Source: Squalus acanthias (lineage: Eukaryota). From it: a stretch of 64,000 bases of DNA. The stretch is from assembly GCA_030390025.1 (NCBI GenBank), contig CM059432.1:136960001-137024000 (forward strand), read 5' to 3'. The translations under genes were made by a program, and so were the position numbers. Numbering within the stretch: the stretch's first letter is position 1; each line of letters opens with the position of its first letter. Shown here piece after piece: positions 1-12,701 of the stretch. The notes below the pieces were generated by a model. That model did not search any database, was not told the DNA's origin, and saw nothing but the letters and a program-made list of their open reading frames with translations.

Positions 1-191
1 CCCATTGACGTGGAACAACATCAATAGCTATAATTCAGTGATCAAAACAATAACTTCAATTACCTCATTTCAACAAATACTAATATTTCACTGTATTGTT
101 TGTCAATGAGATCAATGTGGCCAATTGGTATCCATATTGGCAGCATTTAATGCAGCAAGGCATTCAGAGTATCATTCCACAACGAGTCTCC

Positions 192-328
192 TCAGGTTAA
201 GGGGAGATTTGACAGAGGCGTTCAAAATCATGAAGGGTTTGGATAAAGTAAATAAGGAGAAACTGTTTCCACAGGCTGAAGGGGAGGTAACCAGAGGACA
301 CAGATTTAAGGTCATTGGCAAAAGAACT
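192..328 (+). mobile_element. CR1 LINE ORF2 C-terminal fragment
   Basis: Translates RLRGDLTEAFKIMKGLDKVNKEKLFP...TRGHRFKVIGKR, the typical CR1 ORF2 C-terminus. Confidence 0.85.
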
Positions 329-704
329 TAAACGTACCCCCAATGGCCCTCTTTGTACGGGAGGGGTGTCATTTCAAAATATATTTTTTATTCCATTTTT
401 CTTTGGGAGGCCAAACTAAAAATCATAGCCTGGACCCCTGGAGTGGGCCCCACTTCCACTGTTTGGCACACATTTTTGTGGCTTACTCCCATAGACTCCC
501 AGCGGTCTTTCGCTCCTTTGCTGCTTCTGATCCAGGAGATTTTGGTAACTCAGCCTCATTAACTTTGTGTGGTTTTCTCTTCCGCCACACTCCAATGCCC
601 TGCCCCCTTTTTTACGTGCCTCGGCCTCCTCCACTTGAAGACATGTTTTATAAAAGTGCCGTAAAATCTCAGATGAGCCATCTACTCTACATACCTGACC
701 CACG

Positions 705-1395
705 ACAACTTGCATTTATATAGCGCCTTTAACACAGTAAAACGTCCCAGGGCGCTTCACAGGAGCAATTACCAAACAAAATTTGACTCTGAGCCACACG
801 GTGGCATAGTGGTTAGCACTGGTGCCTCACAGTGCCAGGGGACCCGGGTTCGAATCTGACCTCGGGTGACTGTCTGTGTGGAGTTTGCACATTCTCCCCG
901 TGTCTGCGTGGGTTTCCTCCGGGTGCTCCGGTTTCCTCCCACAGTCCAAAAATGTGCGGGTTAGGTTGATTTGGCTATGATAAATTGACCCTTAGTGTTA
1001 GGGGGGGATTAAATATGTGGGGTTATGGGGATAGGATGGGATATGTTAGGGGGAATTAAATACGTGGGGTTACGGGGATAGGGTGGGATAGGTGCAGGCT
1101 CGATGTGGGGATTCTGTGTGAGAAATCAGGGACAGGGTACTGGATTTGGATGATCAGCCATGATCGTATTGAATGGTGGAGCAGGCTCGACGGGCCGAAT
1201 GGCCTACTCCTGCTCCTAGTTTCTATGTTTCTATAAGGAGATATTAGGTGAGGAAAGAGGTAGGTTTTAAGAAGCGTCTTAAAGGAGGGGAGAGAGGTTG
1301 AGAGGCGGAGAGTTTTAGGGAGTAAATTCCAGAGCTTAGGACCCAGGCAGCTGAAGGCACGGCTGCCAGTTGTAGAGCGATGAAAATTGGGGATG
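705..1395 (-). mobile_element. L2 LINE 3' end, split by a V-SINE at ~797-1234
   Basis: Reverse complement of the L2 tail seen at 2198-2646; gagccaca and taaggagatattagg rejoin across the SINE. Confidence 0.8.
797..1234 (+). mobile_element. HE1-like V-SINE (tRNA head, V-domain, CR1-derived tail)
   Basis: A/B-box-like head (gtggcatagtggttag / gggttcgaatc), V-domain tgtgtggagtttgcacattctccccgtgtctgcgtgggtttcctccgg, tail matching the CR1 3' end at 24832-24940. Confidence 0.85.
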
Positions 1396-2197
1396 CAGCC
1401 GAAGTCTGGCTACGTGCAGCACCCACAGCCTGCTGCTGAAATTCTATGTTATTCAAAGGCCTGCACCTTTAATTACAACGCCCCCCACCCCACCCCAACG
1501 CAGTGCCCCTGTGCGCTCAACCAACATCGAATTCGGTAACCCTGTGATTTATGGTGTGGGTCAGCACGGGAGAAGATTGTTAGGCGGGAGTATCACCTGT
1601 GGGCATAACACAGACTCAAATGGTCCCCTGGACTTCCAGGGCCATTATCAATGTGTTACCTGTTTTCATTGCCTTATATCAAGGGGCTAAAAATACATCA
1701 TAATCACACATAAATCTCACCCGGCAGTAATGTTTGCACCAGAAATTATTTTACATGTTGTGACTGCAGAGATTCTTCGACACCGTAAGGAAACTATCAG
1801 CTTGCCAAGACCCCCGCTCAAAATGGCAATTAACACCCCAAAGGCTAACAAGGTCAAGTGCTGGGAGACGGGGTCTTTTTTGTGTCAATCCTTTTTGTAG
1901 ATAAGCAGCTGAAGGATGTGACACATGTTTTCGGAATCACAGCAGATGGTTCAGTCAGAGTCTCCTGGGCTCTTGCGAAGGGATTGTTTGCTCGTCTCTT
2001 AACCCTGCAATGGAAAGCAGGCAGCAACATTTTGCGGCTACTTCCTGGCCTGCCGTATTTGGGTGCGGAACCCGTTCAAAAAAATGGCATAACTAAATTA
2101 GCTTTGATAAAAATGAAAACAGGTTTTAGAAAAGCAGGCCAATAATTGGAAAAATGGATTGATTTTGAAAGTGTACCATTGTGCTAAATATTTTTTA

Positions 2198-2646
2198 AGC
2201 TCGCTGACCTACATTGGCTCCCGGTTAAGCAGCGCCTCGGTTTCAAAATTCTCATCCTTGTTTTCAAATCCCTCCATGGCCTCGCCCCTTCCTATCTCTG
2301 TAATCTCCTTCAGCCTCACAACCCCCCGAGAGATCTGCGCTCCTCTAATTCTGCCCTCTTGAGGATCCCTGATTATAATCGCTCAACCTTTGGTGGCCCT
2401 GCCTTCTGTTGCCTAGGCCCTAAGCTCTGGAATTCCCTGCCTAAACCTCTCCGCCTCGCTCCCTCTCTTTCCTCCTTTAAGACGCTCCTTAAAACCTACC
2501 TCTTTGACCAAGCTTTTGGTCACCTGCCCTAATTTATCTTTATGTGGATCGGTGTCAAAAATGTTTGTCTTAAAATACTCCTGTGCAGTGCCTTGGGATG
2601 TTTTACTACGTTAAAGGTGCTACATAAATACAAGTTGTTGTTGTTG
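2198..2646 (+). mobile_element. L2 LINE 3' end
   Basis: ctcgctgacctacattggctcccgg (LADLHWLP), ctctggaattccctgcc, and a tail ending ataaatacaag(ttg)n. Confidence 0.85.
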
Positions 2647-3510
2647 TAAGCTATCCTTCCGAGGGGGAGGGGAGTAAAAATTTGGGCCCCAATTTTAACT
2701 GTCCCCGCAAGGTGAGAACTGGGCGGAGGTGGTGGGGGCGGGAGGGGGTAGTTAAATTATTGCGAGTCACAGTTACCCGCTCTGATCCCACTGCCTTCCC
2801 GCCGTGTCCCGATATTAACCTGCTCTTTTGAGCAGGCGAGCGAGACACCCACAGAAAGGAAGCAGGGCCCTACTTTAAATATGGAGATCGGGTCCGATCT
2901 GCAATTTCAACCCAAGGCCTAAGCGGAGGGATCAGTCTGGACGCCCCCGTCAGTCCAAATCTGTCTGAAGCTGGATCCTGGGCCAGAAGAGTCCGAGAAG
3001 GCATAGTTTGAAGGATAGACTCCTTTGATGCTGAAGAAACACCTCACATTTCAACTGTAGCACACAATAAGCTTCAGTATTTCTGAATACATATCTCTAA
3101 AACTAATAGTAATATCCTTCTGCCTACTGTGGAGCTGCCAGAACAACTTCATTGAGGTTGGGGCACATTTGGCATTGATCTAGCCCCACTATCTCATGCA
3201 TGTATATCAATTTTGGTAACAACCCAGACCGTGTAGCTTTGCCAGGACTCTTGGTCAGTTATTGAGTTTCTAGTGGTCTGGCTCCTGTTATTAGAGTTTA
3301 GTTGAGTTCTCCATTCTTTGTCAAACCCCATCAACATGACCCAGTAACTTTAGTTACAGAGTGTGGGACCATTGTAAAGGAGAAAGAAGTCTCACTGTAC
3401 ATTACTATTCAAAGTGAAACAGTCAAAATAATCACCGTCACTTTTATCATTTTTTTGTTCTCTAATTCTGTTGAGTATTTGATTATTTTTGACTTGAACT
3501 GTAGGTATTG

Positions 3511-3890
3511 GGGAAGCTGGATGACAAAGTGGGTTACACACCGACATTTTACCACTGAACCTGGCTTCAAATCCAGCCCAGACTGCAGGGATAAAACATC
3601 TCCCTATGTCGATGGAAGTGTCCTACCTGAAACAATGACACTAATTGGAAATTTCACTCAAGAGGCCCCAGGATAGTGTGTGTGTGGGGGGGGAAATGGG
3701 AAGAACATCACATGGAGTAGTAGAGGGTATTCTTCTCAAGTGTGGTGCTGAGGCATATTGTTGGGGCAGAGCTGAATGAGCTGTGCTGGAGCTGACCTGG
3801 GAATGGGAGGACTTGATGCGAACACTGAGCTCCTGAAATGGGAAGAGTTCCATTCCCCAGCATTAACATCTCTTACCGTGAGCATAAAAA
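3511..3890 (+). mobile_element. Old tRNA-derived SINE, possibly LF-SINE-like
   Basis: Degenerate B-box ggcttcaaatccagccc and an A-rich end; family assignment from recalled resemblance only. Confidence 0.35.
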
Positions 3891-4680
3891 AATATATAGA
3901 AATAAAAACTATGAGTATTGACTACAGACAAGCTGATTGAGAGGAGTTACTGAGCCCAACAGCATTAACCTATAGTGTTTGAATAATCTTGTCATTTCAA
4001 CTAGATTTGTTAATTCAGAATTAGTCCTCCTACAGAGGTAAGTAGTTTAGATCACGTGAAGAGCAACACATTATCAGATACAGCTGCTAAGAGAGCAGGA
4101 AGGTAGACTAGGTGGGCCTATGTTCTTGTCCAACTTTGAGATAATCTATGATTGTGTCCGTGTTTGTGTCCTCTAGCTCTCCTTCCTCCTCCCCCACATA
4201 TATGCTCTCTGATGCAATCCCACTCTCCCAAGTACATACGTTTTGCATAATCCTATTTGTCCCAGCTCTACCTCCCAACATTTCTGTAACGTTGCTCCAT
4301 GTGATGCCACTGTCCCCTCCACATACCCTCCCTATAACCCCACTGCTCCCTGACATATCCCCATTGCTTGTTACTTAGATCCTTAAGATACTCATGCTTT
4401 CAGGAGAGCCTCTGCTTAGAAGCATTAATAGCTGGTGACTCACATATTGTACTTCATCCCAGTACAGTCTGTAGCTTGCTGGCGTGCTCTGCAGATGGTA
4501 CTACTGGATGTTAGTGAAAAGTCAGAAATACTCCTTGGTTAAGATTGTTTGATTGCAGCATAGTTATTGAAAAAAAAGTATAGGATTATAAGTTTCTGTT
4601 TTTAGCTTTTAAAAAACAATTGAAGGTCATACACCATCAACCACAGAATGCCATTGGGTGCAATACTGATGATGTTACTA

Positions 4681-4795
4681 GAGGTAGAGAGGCGGAAAGG
4701 TTTAGGGAGGGAATTCCAGAGCCTAAGATCTAGGCAGCTGAAGGCACGGCCGCCAATGGTGGAGCGATGGTAGTTGAGCATGCGCAAGAGGCGCA
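4681..4795 (-). mobile_element. L2 fragment
   Basis: Minus-strand translation RSTIGGRAFSCLDLRLWNSLP, as in the other L2 copies. Confidence 0.75.
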
Positions 4796-4967
4796 TTAAA
4801 AAATTGCCTCTTCTCCAACAAAACAGCACTCACTCAGTGCTGGAGGATCAGCCTAGACCATGCACTCAAACCATGGCATCCTTCTCACATCCTTCTGACC
4901 CAGCAGTGAGTGCACGACTGAATGATTCCAGCTGGCAAACACACATTTAATTTCACCGAAACTCTGT

Positions 4968-6672
4968 GGCTGGGATTTTGCTGACCTTGGCGGGTCCTTG
5001 GTGGATGACGTCGGTGGCGGTTCCGACCCCGCTGTCGGCTCCAGCCCTCTGTCCAAAATGACTTTCCGTTGTAGGGCTTGTTAAGCCCAAGCTGCGTGTT
5101 TGCCGATCCTATGAGAGGAAGCAGGTCTGATGTCGTCATTTCATGACCCGTCATCAGCTGGTTTCCTTAAAGGGACCATGGCCAATTTTCTTTTGTCATT
5201 TGTGCTGTCAGTGTTCTACAGCATTGAGGTGCTGCAAACACTGACAAGCACTGCACAGAGGTACAGAGCTGCACCCACGTTCTCCCATGACTCCCTCCAT
5301 ATGCTTATGGAGGGAGTCAGAGCACGCAGGAAGGTCCTCTTCCCTTCCGATGAGCGGAGTACACCTCCCCAGAAGACCAACACAACTTGGATGCACATTG
5401 CATAGGCGGTCACAAGCAGGGATGTCATCAGGAGGACCTGGGTGCAGTGCCGCAAACGTTTCACTGATCTAAGTAGATCACGAAACGTTAGTACAAAACC
5501 ACACTCAACCTCATCCTGCTGTGCCTCTCATCACATCCCCATCACTCTGCCTTCCCTACTCTACTCCTGTACATCCTTACTCACACCAACTTACCTTCCA
5601 CCTCCACCCATCCCTCTCTCTCTACATTATCAGTTCCCCATCTCACTAGCCACCCCTCACACTCACCCTCATTCGAGTGTAATCATACCAACTAACAACA
5701 CACAAGAGTAGCCACTTGGGTGTTTTATCCAATGTTTATGTAAAATTTCTGTTAATGTGCTGTCAAACATTGAAACCTTTATTTTCAACACTTTATGTTC
5801 TTGGACAGATTTGTGTGCACCTTTGGAAGTGGCTTAGTGAGTTGCAGTGAATGGTGAGACATAACAGTACCCCCCGCAATGGTGGTGAGTGTGAAAGGAA
5901 TGGCTCAGACATTGTAGGGATGCTTTATGGTGTTGGTGCGGGGTGGTGCCAACCTGGCGCATCATGTGGCAGCCAGGGTGTACAGCATCAAGTGAAGTAA
6001 ATCTGGCCATGGTGAGGCCATCCCTGGCATCCCAGGCAGCAATGTGGTCGGGTACTGATGCCCTGCGTCCTGTGCAGCATCAGTTGATTGCGGAGAAGGT
6101 TGGTGTTGTTGTTGGTGCTGCTGGTGTTCTTGGTACTGTTGATGGAATAGATGGCAGGTGAAGTAGAGCTGACGGAAGCATTCTATCAATGGTGAGAGAG
6201 TTCTTCCACTGAGGTGATACTGGATGGAGAGTGGAAAGTGGAAAGCCTGCAGAATCTGTGCTGGAAATGGACTGCGATACTGCTTGTGGCTGAGGCAAGT
6301 GATGATCTGTCAGGTGGGAGCTTTTACTGTACATTTGAAGCTGTCAAGTAATCAGCTGGAGCAATGGCCACTGAACTCCCGCCTCAGGTTGACAGCCGTG
6401 GTCCCCGACCAGCGTGGTTCCCGTGGTCATGAAGTTAAAATGAAAAGGTAAGTGAAAAAGCCTGTTAATGATCTGTCAGTTAGATGTTAATGAGATTAAT
6501 TGGGTCCCCCGCCGCTGCCTGTCAGGTCTGCTCAGCGCTGACAGACCCGACATTAGGAAAGGTACGTGGCGGCGGGTTGACATTGGGATCCCGATCTGCT
6601 GTCAAAAAAAAACACTTTCCCATCCGACCTGCCACCGATCCCGTCCGCTGACCCCCTCGGAAAGTACCGGCC
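4968..6672 (+). mobile_element. Non-autonomous PIF/Harbinger DNA transposon with Myb/SANT gene remnant
   Basis: Imperfect TIRs ggctgggatttt / aaagtaccggcc; 3-bp TSD TGT at 4965-4967 and 6673-6675; 5260-5480 translates RAAPTFSHDSLHMLMEGV...LF...WMHIA*AV...RTWVQCRKRFTDL. Confidence 0.85.
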
Positions 6673-7004
6673 TGTAACTTTTCACCTAAATATGTAAAAG
6701 TCACGAATACTACTGGGACGAAAGGCCACATTAAAAGGTCAGTTATTTTGTGCCAAATAGGTGATTGCACCAATAGTGCTTTCTCACTTGAAATCTACAT
6801 TTCTCCCTACATGCTGGAATTAAAGGTTATTTAGCTGCTAATAGCTGCACAGAAGACTTTTCATTCTGCAGCTTTTGTTGACTAAACACCATGTTGCGGC
6901 AGATCATAATCCTACTCCTGTAGTAAATAACACGCTATATTAAAAAACTCCAAAGAAAAACGCTCACAGTAGAGCAGTGGGTTTCAGCCCACTAACGTAG
7001 ATTC

Positions 7005-7841
7005 CATCGCCCCTGTGCTCCCGGTCCGACAATGCCTCAATTTAAAAATTCTCATCTTTGTGTTCAAATTGCTCCATGGCCTTGCCCCTCCCTATCTTTG
7101 TAACCTCCTCCAGCCCTCCAACCTTCCGAGATCTCTGCGCTCCTCCAATTCTGGCTTCTTGTGCATCCCCAATTTCCTTCGCTCCACCAATGGCGGCCAT
7201 GCCTTCGGCTGCCTGGGCTTTAAGCTCTGGAATTCCCTCCCTAGTGTCAGCTGTGGCTCAGTTGGTAGCACCCTCACCTGAGGGAGTGCTGCACTGTCGG
7301 AGGTACCATCTTTCGGATGAAACGTTAAACTGAGCCCCTTCTGCCCTCTCAGGTGGATGTAAATGATCCTATGGCACTATTTCGAAGAAGAGCTTGGGAG
7401 TTATCCCTGGTGTCCTGGCCAAATTTAACTCTCAATCAACATCACCAAAACAGATTATCTGGTCATTATCACATTGCTGTTTGAGGGAACTTGCTGTGTG
7501 CAAATTGGCTGCTGCGTTTCCTACATTACAACAGTGACTACATTCAAAAAAGTACTTCATTGGCTGTAAAGCGCTTTGGGACGTCTGGTGGTCGTGAAAG
7601 GCGCTATATAAATGCAAGTCTTTCTTTTCTTTCTTTCCCTAAACCTCTCCACCTCCCTACCGCTCTCTCCTCCTTTAAGATGCTCCTTAAAACCTACTTC
7701 TTTGACCACGCTTTTGGTCAACTGACCCAATATCTCCTTATGTGGCTTGGTGTCAAATTTTGTTTGATAATCGCTCCTGCGAAATGCCTTGGGACGTTTT
7801 ACTAAGTTAAAGGCGCTGTATAAATGCAAGTTGTTGTTGTT
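7005..7841 (+). mobile_element. L2 3' end interrupted by a DeuSINE
   Basis: LKILIFVFKLLHGLAPPYL...LWNSLP; resumes as ccctaaacctctcc after the SINE; (ttg)n end. Confidence 0.85.
7244..7636 (+). mobile_element. SacSINE1/DeuSINE-type SINE with internally deleted head
   Basis: gtgtcagctgtggctcag head, Deu-domain-like core (ctttcggatgaaacgttaaac...), L2-like tail and (cttt)n. Confidence 0.85.
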
Positions 7842-8212
7842 AGTCATCCAGACTATAATAACAGCCTATGTAGACTCAAAGAGCAAAAACTCCAGAGATA
7901 TGACCTGACTCAGTCTCGTCTCCTTTCTGGCAATGGAAGCATTCAATATGAAAGGCAGGTCAGTGAGGTTCCATCCTGCTACCTCAACACCTGCCATCCT
8001 TCTCTGGGCCTCTGTCGTAGCTCCATACTACTGCCCACAGATAAAGGTAAATCACATCTGCTTAACATTCCATCACTCTTACTACAGGTGGAAGGTTATG
8101 TTACCGATGCCAATATTGCCATCCTCTGATATTATCAAGTAGCAAATCTTGCTCAGGTGAGTTCTGTCACTGAGGACGAAAATCACCACAGCTCAATAGT
8201 TATAGAAATAAA

Positions 8213-9327
8213 CAAAGAACTTGCATTTATATAGCGCCTTACATGACCTCAGGACATCCCAACATGCTTTACAGCTAATTAAGTACTTTTTGAAGTGTAG
8301 TCACTGTTGTAATGTCGGAAACGCAGCAGCCAACTTGTGCACCGCAAGCTCCCACAAACAAGAATATATGTTGGCCTTCATTGCAAGAGGATTTGAGTAC
8401 AGAAGCAAGGATGTCTTACTACAGTTATACAGGGCCTTGGTGAGACCACACCTGGAGTACTGTGTGCAGCTTTGGTCTCCTTACCTATGAAAGGATATAC
8501 TCGCCATAGAGGGAGTGCAGCGAAGGTTCACCAGACTGATTCCTGGGATAGCAGGATTGTCAGATGAGGAGAGATTGGGTCGACTAGGCCTGTATTCACT
8601 AGAGTTTAGAAGAATGAGAGGGGATCTCATTGAAACGTATAAAATTCTGAACGGGCTAGACAGACTGGATGCAGGTAGGATGTTTCCCCTGGCTGGGGGG
8701 TCTAGAACGAGGGGTCACAGTCTCAGGATACGGGGGTAGGACATTTAGGACTGAGATGAGGAGAAATTTCTTCACTCAGAGGATGGTGAATCTGTGGAAT
8801 TCTCTACCACAGAAGGCTGTGGAGGCCAAGTCACTGAATATATTTAAGGAGACAGATAGATTTCTAGACACAAAAGGCATCAAGGGGTGTGGGGAGAGAG
8901 CGGGAATATGGCATTGAGATAGAGGATCAGCCATGATCATATTGACTGGCGGAGCAGGCTCGAAGGGCCGAATGGCCTACTCCTGCTCCTATTTTTCTAT
9001 GTTTCTATGTTTCTATAATAATGACCAGTTAATCTAGTTTCAGTGATGTTGGTTGAGGGATAAATATTGGTCAGGACATCGGGGATAATTCCCTTGTTCT
9101 TCATCAAAATAGTCCCATGGGATCTTTTACGTCCACCTGGGAGGGTAGACGGGGCCTCGGTTTAATGTCTCATCCGAAAGACAACACCTCTGACAGTGCA
9201 GCAACTCCCTCAGTAGGGAGAGTCATCTTAGATTTTGCTGCTCAAGTCTCTGGAGTGAGAGACTCTGAAACCCACAACCTTCTGACTCAGAGGTGAGAGT
9301 GCTACCCACTGAGCCACAGCTGACACT
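8213..9327 (-). mobile_element. SacSINE1-type SINE split by a CR1 3' fragment
   Basis: Tail at 8213-8362 and head/body at ~9015-9327 are collinear with the intact copies. Confidence 0.8.
8367..9016 (+). mobile_element. 5'-truncated CR1 LINE
   Basis: LQLYRALVRPHLEYCVQLWSP, RRMRGDLIETYKIL, 3' UTR ending in (tttctatg)n. Confidence 0.92.
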
Positions 9328-9401
9328 ACAAATATAAGTGACTACCTGGCAGACAATCATTGTGAAGCATCTGCTGTACCTTAAAAAGCATTTTGTGTAT
9401 G

Positions 9402-9690
9402 GAAGAGAAATTGACCTTACAGAACTTGTTCTGGCCACAACAAAGTAAACAACATTGCCCGAGGATTTCTAATCCATTTTCTTTCTTGGCCCCCTGTCGT
9501 GAAGTCCCCGGCTCCCACTCGCTCCCTCCCTCGCAACCCAGTCAAAATCAAGAGCGCACCACACGGGGCATCATCAGAGTTCAATAAACCTGTGAAAAAT
9601 GTTATTTCACTGCATCGCATGCAACTCAGTTATACATCTTACATAGAATGTACAGCACAGAAACAGGCCATTCAGCCTAATTGGTCCATG
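9402..9690 (-). repeat. Unique segment plus CR1 tail, duplicated in inverted orientation at 42080-42367
   Basis: Direct sequence comparison; both copies give the same track peptide (EEKLTLQNLFWPQQSKQHCPRIS... / KSAPHGASSEFNKPVKNV). Confidence 0.95.
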
Positions 9691-10648
9691 CCAGTGTTTA
9701 CATAAGAACATCAGAAATAGGACCTCAACTCCACCTTCCTGCACTAGCCCCATATACCTTGATTCCCTTAATATCCAAACATCTATTGATCTCTGTATTG
9801 AATATACTCAACGACTGAGCCTCCACAGCCCTCTGGGGTAGAGAATTCCAAAGATTCACCACCCTCTGAGTGAAGACATTTCTCCTCATCTCAGTCCTAA
9901 ATGGCCAACCCCTTATTCTGAGACTGTGACCCCTGGTTCTAGACTCCCCAGCCAGGGGAAACATCCTCCCTGCATCTACCCTGTCAAGCCCTGTAAGAAT
10001 TTTGTATGTTTCAATGAGATCACCTCTCATTCTTCTAAACTCTAGAGAATATAGGCCTAGTCTGCTCAATCTCTCCTCATAGGACAATCCCCCCACCCCA
10101 GGAACCAGTCTGGTGAACCTTTGTTGCACTCCCTCAATGGCAAGTATATACTTCCTTAGGTAAGGAGACCAAAACTGTATACACTACTCCTGTGGTCTCA
10201 CCAGGGCCCTATATAATTGCAGTAAGATGTCTTTACTCTTATACTCAAATCCTCTTGTAATAAAGGCCAACATACCATTTGCTTTCCTAATTGCTTGCTG
10301 TACCTGCATGTTAACTTTCAGTGAGTCGTGTACAAGGACACCCAGGTCCCTCTGAACACCAACATATCCCAATCTCCCACCATTTAAAAAATACTCTGCT
10401 TTTCTATTTTTCCTACCAAAGTGGATAACTTCACATTTCTCCACATTATATTCCATTTGCCATGCTCTTACCCACTCAGTTAACCTGTCTATGTCCCCTT
10501 GAAGCCCCTTTGCATCCTCCTCACAACTTACATTCCAACCCAGCTTTGTATCATCAGCAAACTTGGATATATTATATTTGGTCCCCTCATCCAAATGATT
10601 GATATAGATTGTGAATAGCTGAGGCCCAAGCACTGATCCTTGTGGTAC

Positions 10649-11116
10649 GCTGTGTCTCAGTGGGTAGCACACTCGCCTCTGAGTCGGAAGGTTGTGGGTT
10701 CAAGTCCCATACCAGGGACTCGAGCACATAAAGCTAGGCTGACACTCCAGTACAGTGCTGAGGGAGTGCTGCACTGTCGGAGGTGCCGTCCTTCAGATGA
10801 GACGTTAAACCGAGGCACCGTCTGCTCTCTCAGGTGGATGTAAAAGATCCCAAAGCACTATTTTGAAGAAGAGCAGGGGAGTTATCCCCAGTGTCCTGAC
10901 CAATATTTATCCCTCAATCCACATAATAAAAACAGATTATCTGGTCATTATCACATTACTGTTTGTGGGTGCTTACTGTGCACAAATTGGCTGCCGCATT
11001 GCCCACATTATAACAGTGATGACACTCCAAAAGCACTTCATTGGCTGTAAAGCACTTTGAGATGTCCAGTGATCGTGAAAGACGCTATATAAATGCAAAT
11101 CTTTCTTTCTTTCTTT
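10649..11116 (+). mobile_element. Full-length SacSINE1-type SINE inserted in the CR1 RT region
   Basis: tRNA head with B box gggttcaagtccc, Deu core and (cttt)n; splits the CR1 motif TSG/VPQGS. Confidence 0.9.
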
Positions 11117-11824
11117 CCCCCACTAGTTAAAGCCTGCCAACCCGAAAATGACCCGTTTATTCCTACTCTCTGTTTTCTGTCCATTAACCAATCCTCAATC
11201 CATGCTAGTATATTACCCCCAATCCCATGAGCCCTAATTTTGTTTAATAACCTCTTGTGTGGCACCTTATCAAATGCCTTCTGAAAATCCAAATACACCA
11301 CATCCACTGGTTCCCCCTTATCTATTCTGTTAGTTACAACCTCAAAAAACTCTAACAGATTCATCAAACACGATTTCCCTTTCATAAATCTGTGTTGATT
11401 CTGCCCAATCCTATTATTATTTTCTAAGTGCCCCGTTACCACGTCCTTAATAATAGATTCCACCATTTTCCCTACTACTGATATCAGGCTAACTGGTCTG
11501 TAGTTCTCCGTTTTTTCTCTCCCTCCTTTCTTAAATAGTGGGGTTACATTTGCTACCTTCTAATCTGCGAGAACTGTTCTAGAATCTATGGAATTTTGGA
11601 AAATGACAACCAATGCATCCACTATCTCTATAGCCACCTCTTTCAAAACCCTAGGAATAGGCCATCAGATCCAGGGGATTTATTAGCTTTCAGTCCCATT
11701 AATTTCTCCAGTACTTTTTTTTACTAATACTAATTTCTTTCAGTCCCTCATTGTCGCTAGACCCTTGGTTCTCCACTATTTCCAGGAAATCTTTTGAGTC
11801 TTCTTCCGTGAAGACAGACACAAA

Positions 11825-12701
11825 TGCTGCGATTTTGCCAACACTCAGAGGGCAGGTTTGGAGGTGGGTCATAGGTTGAAATCATTTTGATTGACTGCGG
11901 GTTGCGATCCCGCCATCAACCCACCTCCAACCAGCTTTCCCAAGTGTCAGGTCCCCGATTTGCGAATGGACCCGACACCTAGCGGCAGGAAGCGGACTAA
12001 AGGCAATTAACGGCCTATTAACAGGTACTTGCCAGTAGTTATCAGCCTATTTTTGAATTTTGCCGCTTTTGGCTCGGGTTTCCCAACGTCCGGACATCAC
12101 ACCAGGTAAGTGTGGCATGTTGTGAGTCTGCTGTAATGTTTCTGGATTGATGACAGCTGCAGAAATGGTGCGAAGGATCCAATGTTGTACATGGTGAGTC
12201 TCAGAGGAAAGAAAATGTTGGGTACTACATTTTTAATACATTTACAGATTTCTTTAGGTTACAAGCTTTTAAATCCATGTCCAGTGCCATCTCATTGGGA
12301 GAACCTCTCTCACCAGTGACAGATGGCTTCTGTCACCTCACCTGCAGCTGCCATTTATTCCAACCTATGGAGGGAGTCATTGGAGAGCCTGGGTGCAAGA
12401 GGTCACCTTTGTGCAGTGATTGTCAGTGTTTGCAATACCTGAATGCTGTCAAACACTGAGAAATCAACTGTCAAAATACAATTGTGCATGGTCCCTTTAA
12501 GGAAAATGGCAGATGACGCGTCATCAAATGACGTCATCTGACCCGCTTCCTGTTAATTGGCTGGCAAGCACGCAGGGCGGGCTTAACAAGATTAATCAAG
12601 GCAAAATCACGTCTGTGGAGCGGATGCAGCTGGGGGTGAGACTGGAAGCCGGAAACCACCTGACCCACACCCAACCCGCCTCCATTAATAAAATCGCGGC
12701 C
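11825..12701 (-). mobile_element. Harbinger-type non-autonomous element
   Basis: TIRs tgctgcgatttt / aaaatcgcggcc; TSD AAA; its right part is reverse-homologous to the left end of the 4968 element; the CR1 rejoins across it. Confidence 0.82.

Noticed and set aside
10649..10720. tRNA-like sequences with A/B boxes (also at 797, 34348, 52081)
   Set aside because: They are SINE heads that continue into SINE bodies, with no complete cloverleaf
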